From assembly GCF_001194135.2 (NCBI RefSeq), contig NC_068985.1:99166413-99230412 (forward strand): DNA of 64,000 bases, read 5' to 3'. Positions 11,780-23,395 of this stretch are shown one piece after another. Position 1 is the stretch's first letter. Every line of letters begins with the position of its first letter. The notes under the pieces are model-generated. The model was not told the origin of the DNA, did not search any database, and saw nothing but the letters and a program-made list of their open reading frames with translations. The stretch is from Octopus bimaculoides (taxonomy: Eukaryota). The position numbers and the translations under genes were made by a program.

Positions 11780-12430
11780 AGACCACTGGAAATGATGCTT
11801 GGCGATACTTGTTCTTCCTCTGTGTTTTCCAATCGAGGTCAACTTTCTTTTTTATTCATTGAGAAATGAATCCACCAATCCGGAGATGATGTACGTATGT
11901 GTTGTTTGAGTTGTTAGAGAATCCAATGAAGTTATGTGTTGTAGTTGTTTACCTGCTGATTTTAAAGATTTCCCAGGGATTCGGATCCCATAAATGACCA
12001 TGTTGTCACACTTCATGCTCTGATGAAGATGAAGGTATGAAGCTAGATTGAGGCAGACCTCGGTTCTGTTATCTCTCTGCAGTCCTGACGTATCAGTACA
12101 GATGTCTTGTGAATACAACGGTTTTCAAGATCAGGTACTGTGATGAATCCCAGTTATACAGGTCTCTCGTCATGTCGACACAGTTCTGGTATTGAAGCAA
12201 TGGTTCCCCAGACAATAAGCTATGGTTTTTTTTCCAGACTATAAGGTTACGCAATGAAATAGCACCTCACCAATGTGTAATCACAGTTGTCCTGTGGCTA
12301 CGTGGGTCTTCAAGACGAGGTGTTATGGGGATCGAACTTGCGCTTCTGAATTCTTACTATTCAAATTCACTAGTGAATTGATCCCAGGTTTTCAGTAGCC
12401 GTGGTAACATTCTCGACAATGAGGAAATAT
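11780..12430 (-). pseudogene. Possible decayed RTE-like LINE segment
   Basis: With frameshifts, reads RIQK-ASS...MVIYG-SESWEIFK...DSFLNE, resembling the RTE post-RT region (RIxKAS...LLYGxExW...DxIxNE). Confidence 0.3.
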
Positions 12431-12534
12431 CAAGGTCGCCGTGTCACCATCTGTTTATATGTTGTACCATGTAGCTCCAGCATGGTCGAAGTCAAATGAC
12501 TGGAACAAGTTAAAGAATAAAAAAATAAGAATAT

Positions 12535-12609
<75 letters not shown>

Positions 12610-13424
12610 GGGTCATAATGCGGTTTTTTATTACTTTTTTTCTTTTACTAAATTAAAATACACAAAGTTCTTTCTTAATCTCAAATATAACCTCCTTGAT
12701 TTTCTACAATGCTCTTCTATCTGGAAGACTGGTAAGGCCCCTCTTCCAAAATTCACTTATCCGTGATGAAAATTGCTCTTCCATTACTGCTCTGACCTCG
12801 TGTACAGAATTCATATTTTTTCCATGCAAATGATTTTGAAAACTGCAGAATAAATGATAATCAAATGGGCAATGTCCGGCGAATATGGTGGGTGGGACAT
12901 CGTTTCCCATTCAAACTGCTCCAGCCTTTGAAATGTCATCCTCGCTGTATGTGGCCGTGCATTATCCTGGTGGAAGAAGACCTTTCGTCTTGAAACCAAA
13001 GATGGTCGTTTTTTCCTCTAGCGTTGACTCAAGTCGCTCAAGCTGCTCGTAGTAGATCTCTTTTGTTATCGTTTCCTTTGGGTTTAAAAGTTCAAAGCGG
13101 ACTTAACCTTTCATATTCCACCAGACAGATAGAAACACCTTGGGTGAAAACCTTCTTTAGCATGGGGTGCCGGCGTTTCTCATATTCATAAAGACCCCAT
13201 TTCTCGTCACCAGTCATTATTTGGTCCCAAAAAGTTTCATGAGGTGTAACAGCAAAGAAGAGCACACATTCACCCCTTGAGCGCGATTAGACTCTGAAAG
13301 TTTGTGAAGAAACCAGTGACCCAATTTGTCGATGAATGGTTGAATGACCAAATACAAGCTTCTTTGCTAGTTCCTCAACAATTACAATGAGATTTTGTTC
13401 CACCAGGGTTTGCAGGACTATCTC
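12610..13424 (-). mobile_element. mariner (DD34D) transposon fossil, 5'-truncated
   Basis: WDQIMTGDEKW (about 13198-13230), then FHQDNARPHT...HPPYSPDIA(fs)FDYHLF. TIR-like end gggtcataatgcggtttttt next to TA. Confidence 0.9.
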
Positions 13425-13548
13425 GTCAAAGGCTAGGATTTAGTCAAAGGCTAGGATTTAGTCAAAGGATTTAGACCCCAACCCACCCCTCATTTAAGCA
13501 TGAAATTTGTTCAACATACCTGTACTCTATATACATACATACATACAT

Positions 13549-13929
13549 AGGTTTGTACCTGTAATTATTGGGGCATTGAGATACGTAACACACTGCCTAA
13601 ATAGCAAACTTGAGAAATTAGGCTTTTCAAAATCAGAAAGGAGAAAGCTGATTCGAAGACTACGGATCCAATCCATCACTGGCACTGCAAAAATCTGTAC
13701 AACTTTCCAGAAATTTATCATTTAAGTATATATGAGCATGTCTTGATATGTAACTATATGCATCAGAATACATACATAAAACATAAAAATCTGCACGTAC
13801 ATACATACATACATATAAAAATACCCAGTTGATATTGTGGAAATTTCAATGAAGGAATCATGGATCTAAGATAGAAACCGGCTCTTTCTCTAACGGTAAG
13901 AAAGCTTAAAATAAAACTGAATGATGATA
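13549..13929 (+). mobile_element. 3' end of an RLE-type LINE embedded in (CATA)n
   Basis: RFVPVIIGALRYVT...IQSITGTAKICTTFQKFII* (stop at 13725), then a ~200-nt 3' UTR with AATAAA. (CATA)n lies on both flanks. Confidence 0.8.
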
Positions 13930-14831
13930 TACATACATACATACTTACATACATACATATATGTGTGTGTGTGTTTGTATTTGTGTGTGTATACTTGTTT
14001 CTGTAAGCTAAAGTTATTAATCGTCTTAATATACTGAATAACATCTTTTGACTCGTTTTCTATATACTTTTGTATGTATATACATTGTAATAACTATTCT
14101 AAGTATGCTTTTATATGTATGAATGAGACCTGGTAGCAAAATAAAAGAAATGATTACAGTATTAATAGTAGTAGTAGTAGTTGTAGTGTTAGTAGTAACC
14201 CGTTTTTCATTATGCTATAATAATAATAACATTAAGAACAATTATTGTACTATAATAAAAATAACAATAAGAATGTTAGCTATTCGACCATTTGTAGCGA
14301 CAAAATGACTATGATTTCATTTTGCTATCCGACGTTGAAAATCGAAAAGTTGAAGAAGCCATAGATATAACTTGTTTACCGGAAATACTGTGTTAAAGGA
14401 GTATAAAAGACTTAATGCACACCAGCTGAAAGAATAGTGTGATGGAAAAGGAAAAAAAAAATATGTATATAAATAAATAAAATTAACAAGACAAAAAGCA
14501 AACACACAAAACAAAGAACGAAAAGATGGCGTCGAAAATTGGAACATATACTAAGAGTGAGATTACAATAAGAGGATGAAAAATAGAAAAATTTAGTCTA
14601 TACTAACTTCACTCAAAATAGCGCTTAATCGAAAGAATACTCATGATAGAGAAAGGGAAAAAACAAACAAACACACAGTGTAAAGTATAAATGATAAATT
14701 AATTCCACACAAACACAAAAGCACACACACACTAGCATATATATGCGCAGACACAATTACACAAGCATACATACATATGTACGTATGTTTATAGAGATAT
14801 TTACAGACAAATACATCTATAAGTATATATA

Positions 14832-15062
14832 CAGGGTTGGCCCAAAGTCATCCGACAGTAGATCAAAATTCCATGAATACTATCTGTAATTCTGTATTGA
14901 CTCGAATGGAAAAATGTGTCGCTCAAGAAGGAATTCAGTTTGCACAATTTTCGTGATGTTTCATATTTAGATGCTTTTATTAAATTCATTCAGTTGTTAA
15001 AGAAATAAATCTTGGAATTAAATGGTTGTTATTTACTGTCAGATGACTTTTGGCCAAACATT
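14832..15062 (+). mobile_element. 231-bp Tc1/mariner-derived MITE
   Basis: TIRs cagggttggcccaaagtcatccgacagta and tactgtcagatgacttttggccaaacatt with TA flanks. Interior encodes CNSVLTRMEKCVAQEGIQF, a transposase C-terminus. Confidence 0.75.
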
Positions 15063-15129
15063 TATAGATATATATATATATATATCTCGTTCAGAGATTT
15101 AACATTGCTTATATATATATAATACAAAA

Positions 15130-15294
15130 ATGGGACAAGAACGCAAAACATCCAGACTGGTAATACAAAAAAGGAAAACAAAACATCCAGACAGACAATA
15201 CAAAAAACAAAAAAAACAAAAACAAGGACGAGTCATTCGTAGTTTTCTTTCCTCAGTCGAGTTCCAGATTATCTTTGCAATTTCGGCTGGTTAT
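15130..15294 (-). mobile_element. Possible Penelope-like terminal repeat fragment, cut by a gap
   Basis: Minus strand starts ataaccagccgaaattgc, echoing the cagccgaaac motif at 18950 and 19556. The rest lies in the N-gap. Confidence 0.25.
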
Positions 15295-17319
15295 NNNNNN
15301 NNNNNNNNNNNNNNNNNNNNNNNNNNNNNNNNNNNNNNNNNNNNNNNNNNNNNNNNNNNNNNNNNNNNNNNNNNNNNNNNNNNNNNNNNNNNNNNNNNNN
15401 NNNNNNNNNNNNNNNNNNNNNNNNNNNNNNNNNNNNNNNNNNNNNNNNNNNNNNNNNNNNNNNNNNNNNNNNNNNNNNNNNNNNNNNNNNNNNNNNNNNN
15501 NNNNNNNNNNNNNNNNNNNNNNNNNNNNNNNNNNNNNNNNNNNNNNNNNNNNNNNNNNNNNNNNNNNNNNNNNNNNNNNNNNNNNNNNNNNNNNNNNNNN
15601 NNNNNNNNNNNNNNNNNNNNNNNNNNNNNNNNNNNNNNNNNNNNNNNNNNNNNNNNNNNNNNNNNNNNNNNNNNNNNNNNNNNNNNNNAAGAAGATTGCG
15701 TTTACAGCTGGTCAGTTCTTTCAATGACAAGTTTATTCTTGGCCTTTTAAAAAATGGCAAAACCAGGTGGCATTGTTTGGAAGAAAGTTGTTTTTCAAAC
15801 ATTTTTGGTATGATTGTCCAGTGGGAGAGAGTGTGTGGGTGTGTTTTTCTGTGAGAATGTGTGCGTGTGCACGTTTGTGTGCACGTGTGTGTGTGTGTGC
15901 CTGTGTATCTGAAAGGAGTGTCAATGGAAAAGATAAGGGAAGGAAGGAAGGAAGAGGAAGGAAGAGGAAGGAAGAGGAAGGAATTTTGTTTACGTCTATA
16001 CAGCTGGTTAGTTCAAAAAAGGTAGGAGAGAAATATGAGAACATAGGTAACTGGGTTCAATTCTAGTTGACACAAAAATGTCCTACTATCTAAAAATGTT
16101 AAGATATATAAAGATGTCGGGTTACGCTGCCACTTTCTTGAATGGCCCCCGTATATTTGAAAATCAGAATAAGAATGAAACCGGTTGAGCAATTAAAAAT
16201 AGACCAATAAACCAAACAAATCATCTAAAAGTTTCCTAGTGGCATTTCAACATCATGTTTATATTTTTCTATATTTCTACACTTTTGTAATAAAATAACT
16301 TTCTTTTCTCTCTCTTTATTTTTATATTCCCCCCAAACAAACGCATAGACACACACACATATTTATATACCATGTCTTATACGCAACAGTTAATATTCAT
16401 GTGTGCTAAAATATATTTGGTTATATGTTGTTTGTGAGCGAGAACGAGAGAGAAAGAGGGAAATTCAGAGAGGAGGGTGAAAGTTAGTACTGATATCTTC
16501 TGAGGAAGTGGGTTGGGGAGATGCCAAATAAAGTGATATAATATATTTGTACACGTGCAAGGAATAATATTTTACTTGAGATTATGTCGATTATTGTCAA
16601 AAGTAAACGATATTTTTAGATTCACCAGTTTTGACAAGCAATCTGAAGTTAATGGAAAATTCAGCCTTACGACAAACAGTTTTGGATTTATCTCACTTAA
16701 ATTTTTATATATCAGGAACAATTAATGTAGCAACGGTAGCGTGAGTTACAAGAATCTTTCTATAATTTCGTCTTCCCATTTATTTGATTTCTATTACTTT
16801 AATTCGTTTAGATTAAAACTTTCAAAATTCTTTGGGAAATGTTCCAGGTGCTGAATTATTCTTTTCGTTTTCAGATTGCATTGTCTGTATTTAAATATAT
16901 TTAATAAAAATAAAGTAAAATAACTAAAATATAAAAAAGAGAAAGAAGCACAACAAAACAAAACAAAAGCGAACTCATATTTTTTAATTATTTTATTCAT
17001 TAAGTTTACATCTATAATTATTTTCTATTTTTCTGCTGCTTTAACTTTTATCAATATATATATATACAAGATTATTTCATTGTGGGTTGAAACAAACTCT
17101 TTAATATTGTAAAAATGAAACTGTTCCTACACTAGTGTAGTTAGTGTAGGCTCTGTGGCTTAACACAAGCTAGGTTTCGTCTTGTAGATCTATGATAAGA
17201 CTGCCCAGCAATTACAGATAGTGTATCTAGGACCACCCTATATAATATATCTATTCCTGTTTTAAAAACTGTAGAGTCTTTTAATTTTTGTTTGGCTTAT
17301 ATTTTAAACAGGGAGTGAA

Positions 17320-17545
17320 GATGTGTGTTCTTATGGTTAGGGTGTTACACCCTTGATCGCAAGATTAGGTTCCGGTTCTTGAATCAGATGCTGCATTGTG
17401 TTATTCAGTAGAACACTTTCACGTTGCTCTGCGATCACCTGGACATCTGACGTGTGTCGCACTGTGCACATGCACATGCAATGACGATTTGATAAGAGGA
17501 GTGAACTAATGCAGAGCACAAACTAACAATCACTATAAGAAAATC
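17320..17545 (+). mobile_element. SINE family D
   Basis: tRNA-like head atggttagggtgttacac...ggttccggttc, then tgtgttattcagtagaacactttcacgttgctct. Homologous to 55620 and 56165. Confidence 0.55.
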
Positions 17546-19005
17546 ATCAGCAAGAATATCTGGAACTTTCACCTGTCGTTTACGATTGAAGAGTCAAATG
17601 TTTTAAACAGATCAGGAAATCACGTATTGTATATTTCCTTTGTACATGTGTCTTTCTCTTGCTTTTAAAGACAGTAAAATTTGAACAGAGTTGGCTTAGC
17701 TGCTAATTAGAGTGCAGCAAATGGTCGCATAGTGGGTTACTTCTTAATGCTTTTGTCGTTGGCCATGACTCATCATCTAATCTGAATTTGCTTTCGGCAA
17801 AGTTTATGAGAAACACAAAATTACATTTCGAGCTAGATACTTTATCTTTCTCATTCTCAATCAACAAGATTAATAGAATAAAAGATCAGAAGTCGGTGTC
17901 GGATGGTAAATTTCCAAACCGGCAATGGATATTGTAGCGCCATACGTTTCATGCGGTTAAATTAGACTAAAATTGCAGATTCAATGAAATGTTCAATAAA
18001 ATATCTGTAAATGAAATAGGAGATAGAAAAATACAAAAGGAATGAAAAATATACGCCATATTGTACTGAAGACATATTTGGAAAATTTGTATTGGAACAA
18101 CAGAAGGAGAAGAGTGATAAGGTGGCAGAAACGTTATAGGGGTGGATACAATTTAAGTACCTATGATATATCTAGTTTAATTTTCTTAGCTTCTGAGCCC
18201 TGACCTAGAGATGAATTTTCTTTTCTTGGCTTCGGGGACGATAAAATTTGGATCAGTAAGGCGCTCTGGTTGATAAAAATGACCGTTCCTTCTTCCGAAA
18301 ATGCTTGTCTCATGTTATATATCAAAATTTGTGTGCATTTAGGTTGTATGAGTAATTTGATGATAAGACAAAACTAATGAGATCATTGAAGGGGCCACTA
18401 CACAAATGCACATACAACTGAATATAGTAACCAACCAGAATTTCCTGAAATGACTCACTGCTGTCTCAGAAGTAGAAAAGAATCAAGGGACAAGACATTA
18501 ATACACACTATTCTTATACACACCTGATGAATACGCCTGGATCGATTTTGATTATAGATTTGCTTGGTAAAGATTGACTTAGATTTTTAAAATGATTTTA
18601 CTCAATATTAAAGTTCTGGAGTATTTACAACGAGAGAAAATCTAAGTCCTTTACATGTTATAATCATGAAGATTCAAAAGGAGAGGTGAAATGACAAGAT
18701 TCTAGTACATTCTAGTAAAATGAGTAAATTCTAGAACATTGGAATCGTGCCTAATATTTGTAATTCCTCGCATAGGTGTGAGTTTTTCAATGCTGAAAAC
18801 TAGGAATGAGAATTTAAGACAATCTTGCCTTTTTTTTGTGTAGGAATCATTTCAATACAGTTCTATATTTAAGATATGAGGAATTCTGTTCATTATTTAC
18901 AATATTTACGATTGACGGATATTTGTCCTCAACTTGTTTGTTTTTAACACAACGTTCCGGCTGATATACCCTCCAGCCTTCCTCATTTGAAGAGAATATG
19001 ACTAG

Positions 19006-19357
19006 AAGAGAATTTGACTAAGAACTGCATGTACTCCATCCCATGCATCTGTGGCAGGTTATACAAAGGCGAGACATGCCGCCCCTCAAAATAAGGGTAG
19101 AGGAACATCGCAAAGCTGTGACACGGGGAGATATTGATAAATCGTGTATAGATGATCATGTATGAAAAAATGGTGACCACCTCTCCCTGTGGGATAAAGT
19201 GAAAATAATAGACAGAGAACACCACTGGAAAATACAAAAACTAAAAGAAGCAGCACATATGCTAGGATACAGCAACCTCCTAAGCAGACCGAGTGTAGAT
19301 ATGAACAGCATATGGGAACCGGTATTAAGGAAGGATAGGAGAATATTAGATTTATAA
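19006..19357 (+). pseudogene. GIY-YIG endonuclease domain of a Penelope-like element
   Basis: NCMYSIPCICGRLYKGETCRP(fs)LKIRVEEHRKAV...DHV*KNGDH..LWDKVKIIDREHHWKIQKLKEAAHM...SRPS..WEPVL; one frameshift and one stop. Confidence 0.85.
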
Positions 19358-19387
19358 GCCCTAAAATTCACTCCATAATTGCACACA

Positions 19388-19459
19388 GCCATATGACGTA
19401 GTGGTGAAGAGCACAGGCTACTAACCCCAAGGTTTCGAGTTCGATTCCAGGCAATGACC
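19388..19459 (+). promoter_or_regulatory. tRNA-like Pol III internal promoter cassette in the Penelope 3' region
   Basis: A-box TGACGTAGTGG (19394-19404) and B-box GAGTTCGATTCC (19437-19448) at tRNA spacing. No complete cloverleaf. Confidence 0.55.
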
Positions 19460-19527
19460 TTAATGATAATAATAATAACATCGAAAAATACCTTAGGAAT
19501 GAGAACCCAGGTTCGAAATTTCCCCAA

Positions 19528-19573
19528 GACACCTGATGAAGGCTGGAGGGTATATCAGCTGAAACGTTGTGTT
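19528..19573 (+). ncRNA. Minimal type I hammerhead ribozyme motif
   Basis: GACAC-CTGATGA-A-GGCTG(GAGGGTATAT)CAGCT-GAAAC-GTT-GTGTT. Stem I is GACAC/GTGTT, stem II is GGCTG/CAGCT, and palindromic AACGTT replaces stem III. Confidence 0.6.
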
Positions 19574-19796
19574 AACAACAAACAAGATGAGGTCAAATAT
19601 ACGTCAATTGTAAATAATGTATATAATTTCAACATGTAAAAAGTGGAGCGAATGCTTAAGCTCCGAATCGAAACTCAAATCTAGATCTGACTTACATGGA
19701 ATATATTTGGGTTCTGTTACGGTTATCAAATCATTCAATGATTCTAAAGCTATATATATTTAAACTCTCTCTCTCTTTCTCCCGATGTATATCTGT

Positions 19797-19831
<35 letters not shown>

Positions 19832-21076
19832 ATTACATTTTAGCAAGAATAGTGTTGACAGCAACTTCGAAGTCTCGGCCAGCGTCGCCTTCACCAGTCA
19901 CTCCCATGAATTCAACACTATTCATGTTAAAGAATAATAACTATATACGGTAGAAAAATATTGAGTAATTCTTCAGTATAATGTAAAATTGCTTTTATTT
20001 AAACTCACTACCAAGTCACGCTTTGAGCGTAGATATAGTTCTGGCTATTGAAAGGACAACTCTCCGTGGGTTAGACTCCAGTATGGTATCATATCCGCAT
20101 CTATTCTCTGTTCCCAGCTACTAAGAAAACTGTCACAGAATATTGTATATAAAATAAAGATATGCAGTCTAGAGAATATAAACTCTGATCTAGAAGAAAG
20201 GGAGCCCTTTAATTACTCAGTCAATCAGTTGCAGTAGACTGATATTAAAACTCATAAAATTGCAGATCAACACCGGGTATTCAATGAAATATTTGCGGGT
20301 ACTTATTCATTCTTTGAATCTGTAATTGATCTTAGAGATTAAATCAATACCGTTTATCTACTTCTGTACGTCAAACTGTTATCCACGAAAGAACTAAACG
20401 TTGCTGGCTTTTTCTTTCTTGGAGGAAGGCAAAATTTATGAGAGAAAAGATAATTCATACAAATAAAATAACTTTCATATTATACGAAAATTACAAAAAA
20501 AANNNNNNNNNNTTACCCTCCCATCCTGGCCAGAGTAAAAAAAGAACTGAATTAAATACGAAATGAAAGGTAGGAAGAATAACAACATGAACAACAATAA
20601 GCGATTTAGAGTAAAATACCACTTCGTTATTTTGATAGATACTCGTTTCATAACGTAAAAATAAAAGTGAAATAAAAGCCAAAACGAAATAAAAATAAAT
20701 AAAATAAAAGGAAGATAAATGCAGATCGTAAAAGAAACGATCAGTTTTGGTCTCTATATAACTGGACCAGAACGAAATTTTGTCTGGCTAAAAGACCCAG
20801 TACTTTGCAGCCATCAAGCTACGTCCGGAACGCTGCATAAATAAAGATGGAAATGTTGTCGCAAAGAATTATGGGATTTTATTTCCTTGTTTGCCAGAAA
20901 GACAAGTAAAAACTTCATAGTGCGTTCATTATTTCATACTGAAATGAATTATAGTTTTGGTCAAGATTTGCTTCCTTGCACACGGAAAGTTTCCATTTTA
21001 GATTTTGCAATACATCCTCCTCTTTGGATATTTTTCTTTCTTATTTTCTAGTTGCTGTTATTAATCTATCACGCAT

Positions 21077-21142
<66 letters not shown>

Positions 21143-21890
21143 NNNNNNNNNNNNNNNNNNNNNNNNNNNNNNNNNNNNNNNNNNNNNNNNNNNNNNNNNN
21201 NNNNNNNNNNNNNNNNNNNNNNNNNNNNNNNNNNNNNNNNNNNNNNNNNNNNNNNNNNNNNNNNNNNNNNNNNNNNNNNNNNNNNNNNNNNNNNNNNNNN
21301 NNNNNNNNNNNNNNNNNNNNNNNNNNNNNNNNNNNNNNNNNNNNNNNNNNNNNNNNNNNNNNNNNNNNNNNNNNNNNNNNNNNNNNNNNNNNNNNNNNNN
21401 NNNNNNNNNNNNNNNNNNNNNNNNNNNNNNNNNNNNNNNNNNNNNNNNNNNNNNNNNNNNNNNNNNNNNNNNNNNNNNNNNNNNNNNNNNNNNNNNNNNN
21501 NNNNNNATATATAATGTATTATTTTGTCTCGCATAATTCCAGTGGGAAAAGCTAGTTATAATGAAATCTCAATCGATACTTATATAAATAAGCAGTATAA
21601 TGATTTGTCCGGCATATATAACATTAATGTTATATTCCAGAGTTGCAGCCATCTTCATCTAAAAGGGGCTGGCTTTCTAATTCCACACAACGAACGATGA
21701 GGAAATTAACAATTCTAATGTTGCAGCAGGAGATCAAAATTGCCAATTAAATGTAATTTTAATGTATAAAAACTCATGTTCTAGACATAATGATGTTTGA
21801 TTAATTAATGTAGGTGAAGCTCATTATTAACTTATATTATCATTTAAAATGTATCTCATTTCTTATATATATTTTACTTGTTTAAATTTT

Positions 21891-22070
21891 CGGACTTGTG
21901 ACCATGCTGGGGTATCGCCTCGAAGAATTTTAGTCGAAGGAATCGACTCCAGTACATGTTATTTTTAAAACCTGATACTTATTTTATCGCTCTCTTTTGC
22001 AGAACCACTAAGTTACTGCACCGAAATAACACTACCATCGGTTGTCTAGCGGTGGTGGGTGATACGCACA
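21891..22070 (-). mobile_element. SINE family A, 3' half
   Basis: accatgctggggtatcgcc...tagtcgaaggaatcgactcc...catcggttgtctagc. Confidence 0.7.
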
Positions 22071-22158
22071 GGTGTACAAACACACACAAATACACACACA
22101 CACATACACAAACACAAATATATATATATATGTGTGTGTGTGTGTATGTGTGTGTGCG

Positions 22159-22218
<60 letters not shown>

Positions 22219-22282
22219 CACGCTTTGAATCCTTCTCACACATCGAATACTCCACATCTTTTCATATCAAATTTCGCTAATA

Positions 22283-23190
22283 ATGGCTGAAGTACGACTA
22301 AGTTTTGAAGACAGAAAATTTAATATAAAGTGCTACTGGAAGCATGAAAACATCATGGAAGTGCACAGACAATTTGGAAGATATTTTCACAAAGATCCAC
22401 CAATGCGATGCACCATTGCTTGCGTCTGAGATAAGTTTGTATCAGATTGAATTGTTCATGACCTCTACTGGGATTGTTCAAGAACACTACGGTCATCAAC
22501 CACCTCGGCAAAGGAAAAACAATTGGCGGAAACCCACCACCGATCCACACATAAGTTTGTCTGACAAATGGCATGTGAGACAAGAATCCCCAAATCAAAC
22601 ATCTATCGCATTTTGATGCAAGTTCATTGGAAATGTTACATTCCAGCATTAATCTATGCACTAAATGAGATGAATTCTGAACGGGGAAATGAATTTTGTG
22701 AGTGGTATCTGGGCAAATGCGAGAAAGAAGCAGCATTTCCGTCCAAAATTGACTGGGGTGATGAGGCCAGCTTTAAGTTAAATGACTCAATTAACTGAAA
22801 CAGTTGCATTTCCTGGGCTCCTGAAAATTCGCATGTTACTATGGAACAACATTTGAACTTACCAAGGGTTACAGAGTGGTGTTTGAATTTCATCATTGGG
22901 CATCCTAGAGCCATTCTTATTTTGACCAAACTATCGCTGGAGATATTTACCAAAACTCACTGCAGGAATCCGTCGGTCCAACTGTCGAAGAGTTGTTTGG
23001 TGATGGGGAGATTTGCTTTCAGCAAGATGGCTATCTCCTCCACTACAATCTTATTGTATAGGCCTATCACGAAGCAACTTTTCCAAACAGTTGGATTGGA
23101 CAAAGAAGTATTGTTGAATTTCCTGTGCATTCCCCATATCTCATTTCAAGGAAATTCTCTTTACGGAGATATCATAAATATAGGTTTAAA
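22283..23190 (+). pseudogene. Tc1/mariner DD41D-type transposase fossil
   Basis: MAEVRLSFEDRKF...WGDEASFKLNDSIN*..WAPENSH...FQQDG + 41 residues to the third catalytic position (SPYLISRK for SPDLTPxD), and FPNSWIG. Several stops and frameshifts. Confidence 0.8.
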
Positions 23191-23254
23191 CAATATGTTT
23201 ATTCTTATCCTCAAAACCTTTTTCAGTTACACGGCGTTATTGTCTGTTTCTAAG

Positions 23255-23395
23255 AGTCGTAACCACATGGTTCCGTATTCAATCCCACTCCACTGCAGGA
23301 CTAGTAACCTCTGCTGTAGGCCAGGGTCGATTGGCTGATACCTTACGAGTGGATTTGGTACATGGATTCTGAAAGAAGCAGTCATATACACACAA
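23255..23395 (+). mobile_element. SINE family A, 5' half, diverged
   Basis: aaccacatggttccgtattcaatcccact...gagtggatttggtacatggattctgaaagaagc. Confidence 0.6.

Larger units (their letters stand above)
18858..19628 (+). mobile_element. Penelope-like retroelement (5'-truncated) with inverted terminal-repeat copy
   Basis: GIY-YIG ORF end plus 3' repeat. The part 18905-18981 is the reverse complement of about 19538-19615; similarity extends weakly to 18858 and 19628. Confidence 0.85.

Noticed and set aside
16120-16154. Tc1-like TIR ends here and at 56833-56860 and 25808
   Set aside because: They are single short ends with no partner TIR or transposase remnant, so no element can be defined.
16620-16740. 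Candidate exon (tttttag|...|GTGAGT) with one open frame
   Set aside because: The peptide is unrecognisable and such site pairs are expected by chance in AT-rich DNA. The same holds for candidates at 50492-50565 and 61391-61429.
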